From an uncultured SAR86 cluster bacterium (GTDB taxonomy: Bacteria; Pseudomonadota; Gammaproteobacteria; Magnimaribacterales; D2472): DNA of 64,000 nt. How positions within the stretch are numbered: position 1 is the first letter of the stretch; every line of letters begins with the position of its first letter. The notes beneath the pieces were generated by a model. That model was not told the origin of the DNA and did not search any database. It worked only from the letters and a program-made list of their open reading frames with translations. Made by a program: the position numbers and the translations under genes. This document shows, in pieces, positions 56,449 to 64,000 of the stretch. Where the stretch lies: positions 167,122 to 231,121 of the forward strand of contig CAXYDN010000007.1 of the NCBI GenBank assembly GCA_964276145.1, read 5' to 3'.

Positions 56449-58164
56449 CTATCTAAAATAGGTTAAAAAATTAAGAAACTCTGTATTACTTCCATTAACT
56501 TCAATATCACCAGTAGCTATAGCCATTACAGGATTCGTTAGTCCTGATATTGCCATTTTAAAGTTAAATTCTGTTGCTTTAACTGAAATATCACATGAAT
56601 CTGCAATCTTATCAGATATTGCTGCAACCTGATTTCTAATAGATATTGTTTTTCTAAGGCCTGATAAAAAATAAAAACAAACATTCATATTCTTATTTAT
56701 AACTTTTTCAGGATTTAATCTAACAGATAGAATACTAAAAATCGTATCTATTGAAATTTCTTTAACTCCTTCTGAGGTTCTTTCAGTCTCTGGAAAAGAA
56801 ACAAAATCATCGCTTAATTCAAGTGCTGATGAAAGAATATAATTTCTTTTATTAGGATTTGAGGATCTTGCTCCTATATAAAGTAATGCCTGTCTCCTGA
56901 GAGACTCAACTTCAGATGTAGAAAAATCTAATGCTATAAGCCTGTCACTAAGTTCAAGAGCCCACTGCATTTCATTCTGATTAACTGCGTTTGTGAGAGC
57001 TAAAAATAAAGCCTCTTCTCCGCCTATTAGATCTGCAAACTTTTGAGCTTCATCTTTTCTAGATAATGGATCTAATTCAGCAGGATTACCATTAAACCAA
57101 CCCAGATAGCCATTATAGATACTTTTAACTGACCATCTAACCGTGCCATAAAATTCATTTAAAAAAGGAGATTTTTTTATAGCTTCTGGTAAATCAACTA
57201 GCTCAATAATCTGATCAGGGTAGTAGCCTTGATTCATTAACCTAACAGTTTGATCGTGCACAAACTGAATTGCATCTCGATACAGAATAAAGGTATCTGA
57301 TATTGTCTCTGATCCAATGATTGGCTTTGTATGACTTGGAAATACATACTTAGGATGAAATGAGCGCATATGATCAAGGCTTGAGATCCAACCCATTACA
57401 TCTCTATGAGTTGTTCCTCTTATTGTATACAGGTTTGGAAATGTCTTATATATGTTGTCTCCGGGCATCAATGATTCATGATTTGGCAACCAAACAAATA
57501 ACTGATCATTGGTTTCGCCAGGAGCATGATAAAGCTCAATACTAATACCAGCTATATTAATTTTAAGCTCATCTTCAAAGGTGGTATCAGGCTTAACATA
57601 ACCAAATGGTGATTTTGAAACATTAAGACTTTTACCTATACCTACATTTATAAGATCATCTTCTGGTAAAGCAGTTCCAAACATTCTAGTGCTTCTGGTA
57701 CTGATGATAGGGTTTATTATTCCCAAAATTCTTTGCATATAATAATCCGTAGATTGATGTGCAATAATCTTGGGCCTTTCTGGTTGTGTTGTCAGGTAAT
57801 ATGCAGTACCAAAAGTATGATCGCCATGATTGTGAGTATAAATAATAGCCTTTATAGGATTTGAATTTTTTTGTTTAAACAGTTTATATATCTCTTTGGC
57901 TTCATAAGTACTGTCTGATGCATCAATGATTATATTTCCATTATCTCCTTCAACCATTATTGAATTAGCAATACCAAAACCAACTGCTATATGTATTTTC
58001 CCCCCAGGAGTGTCATAAGAATATATATTTTTTTCAAATTCTTTTGAGTGCTCAATAAGATCTTCTACTTTAGAAGTGGTAGGAATTTCAATTTGTTCCT
58101 CTGAGGGGGTGCACGAAAAAAGAAGTACACATAATGATAGGCATAGTATATTTTTATAAATCAC
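56449..58164 (-). CDS. Alkyl/aryl-sulfatase (metallo-beta-lactamase fold with dimerisation and SCP2-like domains), lipoprotein
   Basis: YTHNHGDH zinc motif, lipobox LLFSC, and a length and C-terminal architecture like SdsA1/BDS1-type sulfatases. Confidence 0.85.
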   Translation of the reverse strand: MIYKNILCLSLCVLLFSCTPSEEQIEIPTTSKVEDLIEHSKEFEKNIYSYDTPGGKIHIAVGFGIANSIMVEGDNGNIIIDASDSTYEAKEIYKLFKQKNSNPIKAIIYTHNHGDHTFGTAYYLTTQPERPKIIAHQSTDYYMQRILGIINPIISTRSTRMFGTALPEDDLINVGIGKSLNVSKSPFGYVKPDTTFEDELKINIAGISIELYHAPGETNDQLFVWLPNHESLMPGDNIYKTFPNLYTIRGTTHRDVMGWISSLDHMRSFHPKYVFPSHTKPIIGSETISDTFILYRDAIQFVHDQTVRLMNQGYYPDQIIELVDLPEAIKKSPFLNEFYGTVRWSVKSIYNGYLGWFNGNPAELDPLSRKDEAQKFADLIGGEEALFLALTNAVNQNEMQWALELSDRLIALDFSTSEVESLRRQALLYIGARSSNPNKRNYILSSALELSDDFVSFPETERTSEGVKEISIDTIFSILSVRLNPEKVINKNMNVCFYFLSGLRKTISIRNQVAAISDKIADSCDISVKATEFNFKMAISGLTNPVMAIATGDIEVNGSNTEFLNFLTYFR

Positions 58165-58179
58165 AGAGTTGCGTTTTTC

Positions 58180-58692
58180 TTATAAAAAGCTAAGCATTAT
58201 TTCATCTACAATTAAATCAGAACCATCTTCTGAGGTGGCTGCTTTTGCGGAGCCTGATCTCCAAACAGTAACAACCGTCCAAAGGGTCGAGTCTGCAGTA
58301 CTATCTTTAAGATTCACCCTAAGGATGTTCTCTGTGATTGTTCTAATATCATCACGATACATATATCTATCCCAGTAGTATCTTGAATAATAATGATTCA
58401 TTCTGTCAGATTGAACTTTATCTTTTGTGGTTAGATTTATATCAAACGTGAGATTGGAATCGGAAGAGTAATTAAGCCCTCTTTCCTGAAGAGCGGATTT
58501 TAAATTTTCTTTAAATCTCTCGAGATCAATGGGATTTATTTCAGCACTAATATTAGATTCATTTATCTTTATATAAAAGTCGTTATAATTGTCTAAGTTG
58601 AAAGTATCAACCGAATCAACTTCAATATTAGTTTGAATACTGTTACAACCAATTATTAGTAGCAGTGTTAGCAGTGTTGTTATTTTTTTCAT
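58180..58692 (-). CDS. Lipoprotein, DUF4136-like
   Basis: Lipobox LLIIGC. 170 aa. The family assignment is tentative. Confidence 0.55.
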   Translation of the reverse strand: MKKITTLLTLLLIIGCNSIQTNIEVDSVDTFNLDNYNDFYIKINESNISAEINPIDLERFKENLKSALQERGLNYSSDSNLTFDINLTTKDKVQSDRMNHYYSRYYWDRYMYRDDIRTITENILRVNLKDSTADSTLWTVVTVWRSGSAKAATSEDGSDLIVDEIMLSFL

Positions 58693-58721
58693 AGAATTAA
58701 TTATAAATTTATATAGATATT

Positions 58722-61589
58722 ATGTTTAACCTCAAAGAACAAAAGTATATTCCTTTATTGGGCCTCAATGCTCAAATATATAACGAATCCGAATTCAATT
58801 GCAAGCATGTTCACCTAGATGCAGATAGTGACGAGAAAGTATTTATGGTTGCTTTTAGAACTATACCAGAGGATTCAACCGGAGTTGCTCATATTCTTGA
58901 GCATACAGCTCTTTGCGGATCAAAGAAATATCCCGTTCGTGATCCTTTCTTTATGATGATCAGAAGGTCTTTGAATACATTTATGAATGCTTTTACGTCA
59001 AGCGATTGGACAGCATACCCTTTCGCAACTCTTAATAAAAAAGATTTTGATAATTTACTGGGAGTCTATTTAGATTCATCTTTCTTTCCAAACCTTGATG
59101 GTCTAGATTTTGCACAAGAAGGTCACAGACTAGAGTTTAAAGAAAAAAATAATCCTGAAAGTGAGATTGAAATTAAAGGTGTTGTATACAATGAAATGAA
59201 AGGAGCTATGAGCTCAATCACAAGTCAGCTATGGCATGGTATGTCCAGACATTTATACTCTTCTTCAACTTATAAACATAATAGTGGCGGGGATCCAGAA
59301 AATATTATTGATCTTACTCATGAAGATTTAGTAAATTTTCATAAAAAACATTATCATCCCTCTAATGCAACTTTCTTCACCTTTGGCAAACTAGATCCTG
59401 CAGAAATTCAAAATTTTATTAAAGCTAATGTCTTGGATAGCTTCTCTCCATCTGACGATGTTGTTGGAGTTAAGAATGAAGAAAGATTATCTGCACCTAA
59501 GACAATCTCCGACTTTTATAATCCTCAACCTGGAGACGAAGATAATCATCATGTCGTCATAAGCTGGCTTCTAAATGAAAGTCATAATCCAGTGGAATTA
59601 CTAGAAACTTATTTAATGTCTAACATACTCTTAGATAATTCTGCCTCTCCTTTAAGAAAAGCTCTTGAGGGATCAAAATTAGGGACATCACCCTCTCCTC
59701 TTACTGGATTAGAAGCAGATCAAAAAGAGCTTGTCTTTGCAGCAGGTCTTGAGGGAGTATCTGCTAATAAGCATTTTGAAGTTGAAGAATTAATAGTTAA
59801 CTGCCTCAAATCACTTATTAAAGATGGAGTTCCTGAAGACTTAATCCATTCTTCCTTACATCAGCTTGAAATTAGACAGAGAGAGATAACAGGTTCAGGC
59901 ATGCCATTTGGATTACAAATAATGTTAAATTGTCTTCCAGCTTGCATACATAATGATAACCCGCTTGAAATTCTAGATTTAGACAACGCATTTAATACCA
60001 TAAAAGAAAATCTTAAATCAGAAAACTATATTGAAAGTTTGATAGAAAAGAATCTTATATCTAACTCTCATAGATTAAATTACTCGCTTATACCTGACAC
60101 TGAGTTTAATAGAAAAAATGAAGAAAAAATTCAGCAAAAGGTAATAGAAAAAACTAGAGATTTATCACACAAAGATAAGGAAGATATAATTCAACTGGCA
60201 AATGATCTCGAGTCTAGACAAAATGCACATGATGATCCTGAAATTCTTCCAAAGGTTACTAAAGATGATATTCCTCAATCAAGAACCTATGCATGTCCAG
60301 TAATCTCATCACATAATTCGAATTCAAGTTACTTTTATAAAACCGGTACTAACGGTATTGTTTACCACTCAATGTTATTTCCTTGTGATGCACTAAATCA
60401 AAATGAACTTAAAGTTGCAAGCCTTTTCACAAGCACATTGACAGATATTGGTCTTGGTGAAGACTCTTACGAAGATATTCAAAAATATCAATCTTCAATA
60501 ACAGGAGGTATTTCAGCCTCTTTTATTACATTGCCTAACAAAGAAGATGACTCATACAAGTTAGCTTTAAAAGTTTCTTCAAAGAGTTTAGAAAAAAATG
60601 ATTTATTAATGCAAGATTTAATGCTCAAAACTGTGAATGAATCTAGTTTCCTTGAGCAAAATAGAATTAAAGAGCTATTAGAGTTTATTTCTGCAGATAA
60701 TGAAAAATCAGTAATTCAAAATGGTCACATTCTTTCTATGGGCAATGCTGCATCTCAAATATCAAGTATTGCTGCAACGAATGACTTAACTTCAGGCCTT
60801 CAATTCATTCATAATACTAATAACTTATCTAGAATAATGAATGATGAAAATGAATTTAAGCTATATTTAGATACTCTTCATTCAATAAAAAATAAGCTAT
60901 CAAGTGATCCAAATTATTTATTTACAGCTTCTTCTTTAGACATAAATGATCTTAAGCTGAATACTATATTTAAATCAGCGTCTACTAATTTTAATAATCA
61001 AAGTTTTGTTGCTACACAAGATAGTTCTATTGGATGGATTACTGGCTCACAAGTATGTTTTTGTGCAGAAGCTTTTCCATCAGTTGATTCTAAGCATGAA
61101 GATGCTCCTGCTTTAACTATTCTTGCGACAGTATTACGAAATGGCTATCTTCATTCGGCAATACGTGAGAAAGGTGGAGCATATGGATCGGGAGCTGCAC
61201 AAGACTCAAATAATAAAGTATTCAAATTTTTCTCATACAGAGATCCAAAATGCTCTGAAACCTTTGAAGAATTTCAAAAGTCACGCGATTGGTCATTAAA
61301 GCAGATATCAGCGGAGCAACTTGAAGAAGGTATCCTGGGAGTTATTTCAAGCATTGATAAACCATTATCTCCATATGGTGAGGCAATTAGTGATTTCATG
61401 AGCGAGCTTGATAATAAAACTCAAAATGAGCGATTGCTTTTTAGATCTAGAGTTAAAGAATGTACTCTTTCAGACCTTGCAAGAGTATCAAAAAAATATT
61501 TATTTAATGATTCAAAAAAATCAGTAATAGCAGGTGAAAATTTTATAAAAGAACTTACTGACCTAGGTTTTGCAATAAAAAATATCTAA
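58722..61589 (+). CDS. M16C-family metallopeptidase (PreP/presequence-protease-like)
   Basis: HILEHTALCGSKKYP (HxxEH). 955 aa. No signal peptide. Confidence 0.9.
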   Translation: MFNLKEQKYIPLLGLNAQIYNESEFNCKHVHLDADSDEKVFMVAFRTIPEDSTGVAHILEHTALCGSKKYPVRDPFFMMIRRSLNTFMNAFTSSDWTAYPFATLNKKDFDNLLGVYLDSSFFPNLDGLDFAQEGHRLEFKEKNNPESEIEIKGVVYNEMKGAMSSITSQLWHGMSRHLYSSSTYKHNSGGDPENIIDLTHEDLVNFHKKHYHPSNATFFTFGKLDPAEIQNFIKANVLDSFSPSDDVVGVKNEERLSAPKTISDFYNPQPGDEDNHHVVISWLLNESHNPVELLETYLMSNILLDNSASPLRKALEGSKLGTSPSPLTGLEADQKELVFAAGLEGVSANKHFEVEELIVNCLKSLIKDGVPEDLIHSSLHQLEIRQREITGSGMPFGLQIMLNCLPACIHNDNPLEILDLDNAFNTIKENLKSENYIESLIEKNLISNSHRLNYSLIPDTEFNRKNEEKIQQKVIEKTRDLSHKDKEDIIQLANDLESRQNAHDDPEILPKVTKDDIPQSRTYACPVISSHNSNSSYFYKTGTNGIVYHSMLFPCDALNQNELKVASLFTSTLTDIGLGEDSYEDIQKYQSSITGGISASFITLPNKEDDSYKLALKVSSKSLEKNDLLMQDLMLKTVNESSFLEQNRIKELLEFISADNEKSVIQNGHILSMGNAASQISSIAATNDLTSGLQFIHNTNNLSRIMNDENEFKLYLDTLHSIKNKLSSDPNYLFTASSLDINDLKLNTIFKSASTNFNNQSFVATQDSSIGWITGSQVCFCAEAFPSVDSKHEDAPALTILATVLRNGYLHSAIREKGGAYGSGAAQDSNNKVFKFFSYRDPKCSETFEEFQKSRDWSLKQISAEQLEEGILGVISSIDKPLSPYGEAISDFMSELDNKTQNERLLFRSRVKECTLSDLARVSKKYLFNDSKKSVIAGENFIKELTDLGFAIKNI

Positions 61590-61590
61590 T

Positions 61591-62202
61591 TTAAAAGAAA
61601 ATGAATCTTTTCTTTTTAAGTTGTTTTGCACATCCCCAGTATTGCTGTTGATATTTAGTTGACCTTATTTGCACTCTGTCTGCTACTTTGATAAGCCATG
61701 GTTTTTTTCTATAAGTTTTTTTCTTAAATCCTCCATATCCTTCATGATATGCAAGATAGAGTGAGCGAGCATCTAGCTTCTCAAAACCTTGATAATACCC
61801 CTTGCTAGCATACCAACCTATAAAATCTGCTGAATCTTTAAAATCCTTTCTATTAGCTCTTGTATTTCCTGTTTCTTCTTTATAGTCTTCCCAAGTCATG
61901 CTCAGAGCCTGAGAATAACCAACAGCAGTTGATTTTCTTTTCCATGGAATAACCCATAGTAATTTTGTTCTTTCGGGTTTCGCATCCGATTGAAAACTTG
62001 ATTCTTGATAAACAAAAGACATTAAAACATATGGTGGTATCTTCCATCTCTTTTCAGATCTCATTGCTGCTTTATACCAACTCTTCTTTTCTTCAAAAAT
62101 CAGACAGATATTATCTGGATTTTTTGGAGGTGTTGCCATACAAGATTGAAGTACTAAAACCAGTAATAAGGCTGATAAAACTTTGATGTATTTAATACTC
62201 AT
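61591..62202 (-). CDS. Lytic transglycosylase (SLT-domain) lipoprotein
   Basis: Lipobox VLQSC and VYQESSF (catalytic Glu). The ATG overlaps the ligase TAA (TAATG). Confidence 0.75.
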   Translation of the reverse strand: MSIKYIKVLSALLLVLVLQSCMATPPKNPDNICLIFEEKKSWYKAAMRSEKRWKIPPYVLMSFVYQESSFQSDAKPERTKLLWVIPWKRKSTAVGYSQALSMTWEDYKEETGNTRANRKDFKDSADFIGWYASKGYYQGFEKLDARSLYLAYHEGYGGFKKKTYRKKPWLIKVADRVQIRSTKYQQQYWGCAKQLKKKRFIFF

Positions 62203-63485
62203 TAGATTTTTTCACCTGGCTCAAATCCTCTAAAAGTTTTAAAACGAGGGAATCTTAAGCTATAGTTTTCTCCTTCTATGCTTTGGGTTACAGCATCAGC
62301 TCTTATTTCAATTAATTGTCCTATTAAAGAATCCTTAGCTTTCCAAAATTTTTCTCTATCATCGTCTGTAAGGCCGCTGCCAACACTCAAAGAAAAAAAC
62401 TTTCCATCATCCTCACCCTCAACAGAAAATGCACCTAGCTTTCCTTCATGCTTTCCAGTGCCCTCCTGTACTTGAGTAACCTTTAGAGTGACTTCTATAA
62501 AAGGTTTAATTTTTAGCCAGGCATGGCTTCTCTTAGATTCGTAGATATCATTTACTGGTTTAATCATTAACCCCTCATAACCCTCATCAAGTGCTCTTTT
62601 GTTCATATCTGAAAATGTTTTTTGGCCATCTTCTGTATCAAAATTTAAAATTTCATATTCAACTGGCTTAATACAAGAATCAAAATTCTTTGATACATCA
62701 TCAAGCATGTCTTTTCTTTCCAAACTATTAAGACTACTTTTACCCTTATTAAATTCATGTAAAGGCAAGATATCAAATAAAGCTAGATACGCATCGTCGG
62801 TCTTAGCATTAGTTTTTCTATGAACTTGTTTCATAAGAGACTGAAAATCATCACTAACAACCTCACCATCAAATACTAAATTATTAAATTCTGATTTATT
62901 TAAGGCACTTTCTATATGAGGAAAGTTGCTGAGAATTTTTCCATTTCTACTATAAAGAGTTGTGCTATTGTTTTTTGTAATTGCTATAACTCTCACCCCA
63001 TCATATTTGTACTCAACAAGGCATTTACCTTGAATCTTTTTTGGGTGTTTAGCGCCATCATGAGCAAGCATGCATGAAAAAACAGGAACACTATATTTCA
63101 AGCCCATTTTTTTTGAAACATTATTGACTGTTTTTTGACTTACTCCACATCTAAGATCTTTTATTAAGATCCTTCTATACCAATCATTCCATTGTTCAGA
63201 TGTAGCCTGAGACATCAAATTTACTATTTCATCTCTAGCAGCATGACCAGTTCTTTCTCTATCTATTAAAAGTATTGCAGAAGATTTAAATTTCTCCCAA
63301 CTAAGACCTTTACCATTTTCTTTTGACTCTGGAACCTGTTTAACACCAAATGTTACCAATGCATCTAAGCACATTGATAATCCTTCTTGTAAAATAATAT
63401 CTTTAAGGTTGTCTTCAATAACGCTTTCTTTAAATAGCCTACTATTATCGCTTTCTAATTTCTGTATTATTTTCCAAGGCTTCAT
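62202..63485 (-). CDS. ATP-dependent DNA ligase (cytoplasmic, with an N-terminal helical domain)
   Basis: Nucleotidyltransferase motifs: I EYKYDGVR, III LVFDGEVV, IV LALFDIL, V EGLMIKP, plus WLKIKP and an OB domain. 427 aa. No signal peptide. Confidence 0.9.
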   Translation of the reverse strand: MKPWKIIQKLESDNSRLFKESVIEDNLKDIILQEGLSMCLDALVTFGVKQVPESKENGKGLSWEKFKSSAILLIDRERTGHAARDEIVNLMSQATSEQWNDWYRRILIKDLRCGVSQKTVNNVSKKMGLKYSVPVFSCMLAHDGAKHPKKIQGKCLVEYKYDGVRVIAITKNNSTTLYSRNGKILSNFPHIESALNKSEFNNLVFDGEVVSDDFQSLMKQVHRKTNAKTDDAYLALFDILPLHEFNKGKSSLNSLERKDMLDDVSKNFDSCIKPVEYEILNFDTEDGQKTFSDMNKRALDEGYEGLMIKPVNDIYESKRSHAWLKIKPFIEVTLKVTQVQEGTGKHEGKLGAFSVEGEDDGKFFSLSVGSGLTDDDREKFWKAKDSLIGQLIEIRADAVTQSIEGENYSLRFPRFKTFRGFEPGEKI

Positions 63486-63503
63486 CTTAATTAAAAATCA
63501 TAA

Positions 63504-64000
63504 TTATGTATTTTCAGTTGTGCTTAACTGTTTTAACCTCATAACTTCTTGGGCTTGAGATTCTATATGTGAAATCATTTGCTTCGTTATAGGCATTCTT
63601 TCTTGATCACATATGTTTGCATAAAATTTTTCTGAGAATTGATAGGCAAAATTTACCATTTCTTTTACTGAGCCTAAGGGATCAGTGACGTTATTGAGGT
63701 CTGTAGCTAAGAGAATAGCAAAAGTTTTTGTTTCATTTTCAAAAGTGCCAGGATTTATAGCATTTGCTATGCGAAATGATTCCTTGTCATTACTATCTTT
63801 AATTACAAAAAAACCATGGGCAAGAATGGCATTTGAATTAGTCATAAAGCCATATATTTGGTCAATATCGAATATAGATTTATCAACAGATATTAAATTA
63901 AGGGCAACAAGTTGTTGTTCTGGATATTCAATATGATCATGATCATTAAAATCAAAAGCTTTTTGTGATTTAACCTCTATTTCGTCTATTTCTTTAATTT
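63504..64000 (-). CDS. zipA: Cell division protein ZipA (C-terminal FtsZ-binding domain; N-terminus off the right window edge)
   Basis: The minus-strand frame is open from nt 63998 down through the track's ATG at 63845: ..EQQLVALNLISVDKSIFDIDQIYGFMTNSNAILAHGFFVIKD..FRIANAINPGTFE..DQERMPITKQ parallels E. coli ZipA (..LFSLANMVKPGSF.., ..DDERRMMTPQ..). Confidence 0.8.
   Translation of the reverse strand, partial: IKEIDEIEVKSQKAFDFNDHDHIEYPEQQLVALNLISVDKSIFDIDQIYGFMTNSNAILAHGFFVIKDSNDKESFRIANAINPGTFENETKTFAILLATDLNNVTDPLGSVKEMVNFAYQFSEKFYANICDQERMPITKQMISHIESQAQEVMRLKQLSTTENT

Noticed and set aside
61591-64000. Prophage remnant suggested by the ATP-dependent ligase
   Set aside because: Its neighbours are zipA and a chromosomal-type SLT lipoprotein in an overlapping operon. 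There are no integrase, terminase, capsid or att-like repeats.

Overview
This is a visibly AT-rich (roughly one-third G+C by eye, not computed), gene-dense chromosomal window. The synteny is gammaproteobacterial and fits a streamlined marine lineage; that assignment is inference from gene order and composition only.

Content, left to right:
- A TonB-dependent receptor truncated by the left edge.
- A lipid/sterol-type redox neighbourhood: patatin, PAN-domain protein, rhodanese, GMC oxidoreductase, steroid-5-alpha-reductase family, epimerase-type reductase and a frameshifted amidase.
- An M16 peptidase.
- A terminator-insulated small-ORF unit preceded by two tandem glutamine-riboswitch-like aptamers.
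- A ~4.9 kb repeat-structured island of tiny membrane/secreted ORFs ending at tRNA-Glu.
- trmJ/suhB, then queA-tgt-yajC-secD-secF (minus strand), tRNA-Leu and proBA.
- A cadherin+cupredoxin lipoprotein.
- A long minus-strand housekeeping run: sdhE, rpoE, rseA-like, mucD/degP-like, lepA-lepB-rnc-era-recO-acpS-adk, tsaB-like, uppP, rsmJ. ygfZ lies divergent from sdhE.
- ung, serA, glpK, and nrdAB with NrdR and DnaA boxes.
- Hemolysin-III, GST, SDR, alkB, mdh, alkyl-sulfatase and an M16C peptidase.
- zipA (truncated by the right edge) followed by an ATP-dependent DNA ligase and an SLT lipoprotein.

Most interesting observations:
1. The tandem glnA-RNA-like (glutamine riboswitch) aptamers control a 54-aa basic ORF in a non-cyanobacterial context.
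2. The island at 15.1-20.0 kb carries three repeat families, a tRNA-Met 3' fragment and a phased GGCTACA array beside tRNA-Glu, but no recombinase.
3. An ATP-dependent ligase sits in the canonical zipA-ligA slot.
4. A DARS-like triad of DnaA boxes lies upstream of ung.

I saw no rRNA, CRISPR array, transposase, integrase or phage structural genes. The ORF track omits the two edge-truncated genes and all ORFs under about 60 aa. Those were translated by hand.
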